Assembly (NCBI GenBank): GCA_020053195.1
Contig: JAGVNQ010000118.1
Coordinates: 1 to 40,411, forward strand
DNA length: 40,411 nucleotides
Direction: 5' to 3'
Origin: Sideroxydans sp.
GTDB taxonomy: Bacteria > Pseudomonadota > Gammaproteobacteria > Burkholderiales > Gallionellaceae
In this document: positions 37,938 to 40,411 of the stretch, piece after piece
Layout of the letters: every line of letters begins with the position of its first letter
Numbering within the stretch: position 1 is the stretch's first letter
The notes under the pieces: generated by a model
What the model was told of the DNA's origin: nothing
Database searches by the model: none
The model's input: only the letters and a program-made list of their open reading frames with translations
Position numbers and translations under genes: made by a program

Positions 37938-40411
37938 ATGTTATCCAAGCTCAAGCAATTCAAACTATCCGGCTCTGACTCCAAGTCGGAAGGCACGCAC
38001 ACCCAGTACAAATATCCCGGCGTGCGCGATGCCATTGACGGCAACACCGCCGTGATTATGGTGGAGCGCGAAGCCTCGCAAGCGGCGGGCGCTTACCCCA
38101 TCACGCCTTCCACGCAAATGGGCGAATACTGGGCGGAAGAAGTCGCCAAAGGTCACCTCAACACGGCGGGCAAACCGCTGATTTTCGTCGAGCCGGAATC
38201 CGAACATGCCGCAGCCGGGGTCACCGCCGGGATGTCCATGACCGGCTTGCGCGCGGTCAACTTCACTTCGGCGCAAGGCTTGGCTTTCATGCACGAGTCG
38301 CTGTACGCCGCCGTCGGAAAACGCCTGCCTTATGTGTTGAACCTAGGCTGTCGCGCCATTACCAAGGCCTCGCTCAACGTGCATTGCGCGCATGACGACT
38401 ACCACTGCGCCGACGATACCGGCTTCATTCAGGTTTTTGCCAAAAACGCGCAGGAATCCGCCGACCTCAACATGATCGCGCGCAAGACCGCCGAACTGTC
38501 GCTGACTCCGGCCATGGTGGGTCAAGACGGCTTCCTCACCACGCATCTGATCGAGCCGATGATGGTGCCCGAGCGCGAGCTGATCGCCGAATATCTGGGC
38601 AACGCCGACGACATCATCGACACGCCCACGCCCGCCCAGCAAATGTTGTACGGCCCCAAACGCCGCCGCATTCCGTCGATCTGGGACGTGGACAACCCCA
38701 TGCAGAGCGGCATCGTCGCTAATCAGGATGCCTACATGCAGGCCGTGGCTGGACAACGCCCGTATTTCTTCGAACATATTCCCGCGCTGTTCGACCAATC
38801 GGCCAAAGAATTCCATGCCCTGACTGGTCGTTCCTATGACCGCATCGGCTGCTACCGTTGCGACGATGCCGACTACCTCATCCTCGGCATGGGCAGCATG
38901 ACCGTGCAGGCAGAAGCTGTGGCCGACTGGATGCGCGATCATCGCCAAGTCAAAGTGGGTGTAATCAACCTGACCATGTTCCGTCCCTTCCCCGGCGATT
39001 TGCTGGGCAAAGTGCTCAAAGGTAAAAAAGGCGTGGCGGTGCTGGAACGCACCGACCAGCCGCTGTCGGAAGATTTGCCGGTGATGCGCGAAGTGCGCGC
39101 CACAGTAACCAAGTGCGTGGAAAACGCGCGCGAAAATTCCTATGCCGACTACGCCACCTACGAGTCCGCCAAAGACATGCCGTCGCTGTATTCCGGCTGT
39201 TATGGTCTGGGTTCACGCGACCTGCAACCGGAAGGCTTGATCGCCGCCGTGGAAAACATGTTGCCCGGCGCGGCACACCGCAAGTTCTACTATTTGTCGG
39301 TGGATTTTGTGCGCGACGAATCGGCCAACCCGAAACAGGAAATCCGCCAGCAGGAATTGCAAGCCGCTTATCCCGGCATCAAACACATGGCGCTGCGCGG
39401 CAGCGAAAACCCCAATCTGTTGCCTGCAAAAGCCGTGGCCGTGCGCTTGCACTCCATCGGCGGCTGGGGCATGGTGACCACCGGCAAGAATCTGGCGATG
39501 ACGCTGTTTGAACTGTTGGGTTGGGACATCAAAGCCAACCCCAAATACGGTTCGGAGAAAAAAGGCCAGCCGACTACTTATTATTTGTCCGCCGCACCGG
39601 AACCCATCCGTATCAACTGCGAATACACCCACGTTGACGTGGTCATGTCGCCCGATCCTCAAGTGTTCGGCCACACCAATGCGGTGGAAGGCTTGAACAA
39701 GGGCGGCGTGTTTATTATCCAGAGCAATCTGGGCAGCGCCGAAGCGCTGTGGCAATCCTTCCCGGTCCACATCCAGAAATACATCGCCGATAACAAAATC
39801 CGCGTGTTCTATCTCGATGCGTTCAAAATCGCACGCGAAGAATCCAGCAACGTCGAACTGCAACTACGCATGCAGGGCAACGCCTTCCAGGGCGCATTCT
39901 TCCATGCCTCCGACGTGAAAGAGCGCGCCGGGTTGAGCGAAGAAACGTTGTTCACCGCCATCCAGAACCAGCTCGAAGCCAAATTCGGCAGCAAGGGCAA
40001 ACGCGTGGTTGACGACAACTTGCGCGTGGTGCGTCGCGGCTACGAAGAGCTCAAAGAGATCAAACCTGAATTGATGATCGTCGGCCAGCGCGCCAAAGTT
40101 GTAGCCAAAGCCGCCCCCTCTTTGCCAGTCATGCTCAAGCGCATGCCGGAAGGCGACGGCGGCGTGGCCGACGTACACCGTTTCTGGGAACAGACCGGCA
40201 GCTTCTATATGAAGGGACAAGGCTCGGACAATCTGGTTGACCCGTTCATGGGCCTGTCGATTATTCCCGCCGTGACCGGGGTTTACCGCGACATGACCGG
40301 CGTGCGTTTCGAGCACCCGGAATGGAAAGCCGAAAACTGTACCGCCTGCGGCGAGTGTTACACCGTGTGCCCGGACAGCGCCATTCCCGGACTGGTTTCC
40401 ACCAGCGCCGA
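37938..40411 (+). CDS. Pyruvate(2-oxoacid):ferredoxin oxidoreductase, fused multidomain (NifJ/POR type); 3'-truncated by the window
   Basis: Hand translation from ATG 37938 (GGGAG RBS): DGNTAV…AYPITPSTQMGE, ESEHAAAG, FTSAQGL, HSIGGWG, NPKYGSEKKG, and in-frame CTACGECYTVCP at 40338; absent from the ORF track because there is no stop. Confidence 0.93.
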   Translation, partial: MLSKLKQFKLSGSDSKSEGTHTQYKYPGVRDAIDGNTAVIMVEREASQAAGAYPITPSTQMGEYWAEEVAKGHLNTAGKPLIFVEPESEHAAAGVTAGMSMTGLRAVNFTSAQGLAFMHESLYAAVGKRLPYVLNLGCRAITKASLNVHCAHDDYHCADDTGFIQVFAKNAQESADLNMIARKTAELSLTPAMVGQDGFLTTHLIEPMMVPERELIAEYLGNADDIIDTPTPAQQMLYGPKRRRIPSIWDVDNPMQSGIVANQDAYMQAVAGQRPYFFEHIPALFDQSAKEFHALTGRSYDRIGCYRCDDADYLILGMGSMTVQAEAVADWMRDHRQVKVGVINLTMFRPFPGDLLGKVLKGKKGVAVLERTDQPLSEDLPVMREVRATVTKCVENARENSYADYATYESAKDMPSLYSGCYGLGSRDLQPEGLIAAVENMLPGAAHRKFYYLSVDFVRDESANPKQEIRQQELQAAYPGIKHMALRGSENPNLLPAKAVAVRLHSIGGWGMVTTGKNLAMTLFELLGWDIKANPKYGSEKKGQPTTYYLSAAPEPIRINCEYTHVDVVMSPDPQVFGHTNAVEGLNKGGVFIIQSNLGSAEALWQSFPVHIQKYIADNKIRVFYLDAFKIAREESSNVELQLRMQGNAFQGAFFHASDVKERAGLSEETLFTAIQNQLEAKFGSKGKRVVDDNLRVVRRGYEELKEIKPELMIVGQRAKVVAKAAPSLPVMLKRMPEGDGGVADVHRFWEQTGSFYMKGQGSDNLVDPFMGLSIIPAVTGVYRDMTGVRFEHPEWKAENCTACGECYTVCPDSAIPGLVSTSA

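Noticed and set aside
37965-40316. Several ORFs listed over the last 2.4 kb
   Set aside because: All overlap the open + frame of the oxidoreductase starting at 37938.
1-40411. CRISPR array, tRNA/rRNA, transposase, integrase or prophage
   Set aside because: No spaced direct repeats, no intergenic room or signatures for RNA genes, and no mobile-element ORFs recognised by eye.

Overview
Bacterial chromosomal segment; gene content and style suggest a betaproteobacterium, possibly Gallionellaceae-like (inference only). It starts at a contig edge carrying an Illumina adapter remnant. 74-21297 (- strand) is a surface-polysaccharide/O-antigen cluster headed by an EPS-associated MarR regulator. It holds a CDP-dideoxyhexose module (rfbF, rfbG, rfbH) extended by a class I aminotransferase, a ThDP enzyme, an SDR and a methyltransferase. 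It also holds a Wzx-like flippase, GT2, acetyltransferase, WbsX-like protein, two GT4s, a UDP-L-QuiNAc-type trio, a WbpL-like initiating transferase and a WbpM/PglF-like dehydratase. Divergent from it is waaC-waaA-rmlBACD (21414-27055, +). Then on the - strand come tolC, pcm, an RND pump, a periplasmic adaptor that appears to lack its alpha-helical hairpin, a TetR/CecR-like repressor, an ECF sigma factor with a small membrane partner, a DUF2269-like protein and a LysR regulator. Divergent from the LysR gene are an RnfB-like Fe-S protein and a pyruvate:ferredoxin oxidoreductase that runs off the window and is missing from the ORF track. The best leads are the hairpin-less RND adaptor, a possible new branched-chain (amino) sugar pathway, and the apparent absence of wzy, rfbI and a WbpV-type reductase. 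Two GTAG REP families are present. No rRNA, tRNA, CRISPR or transposase was seen.
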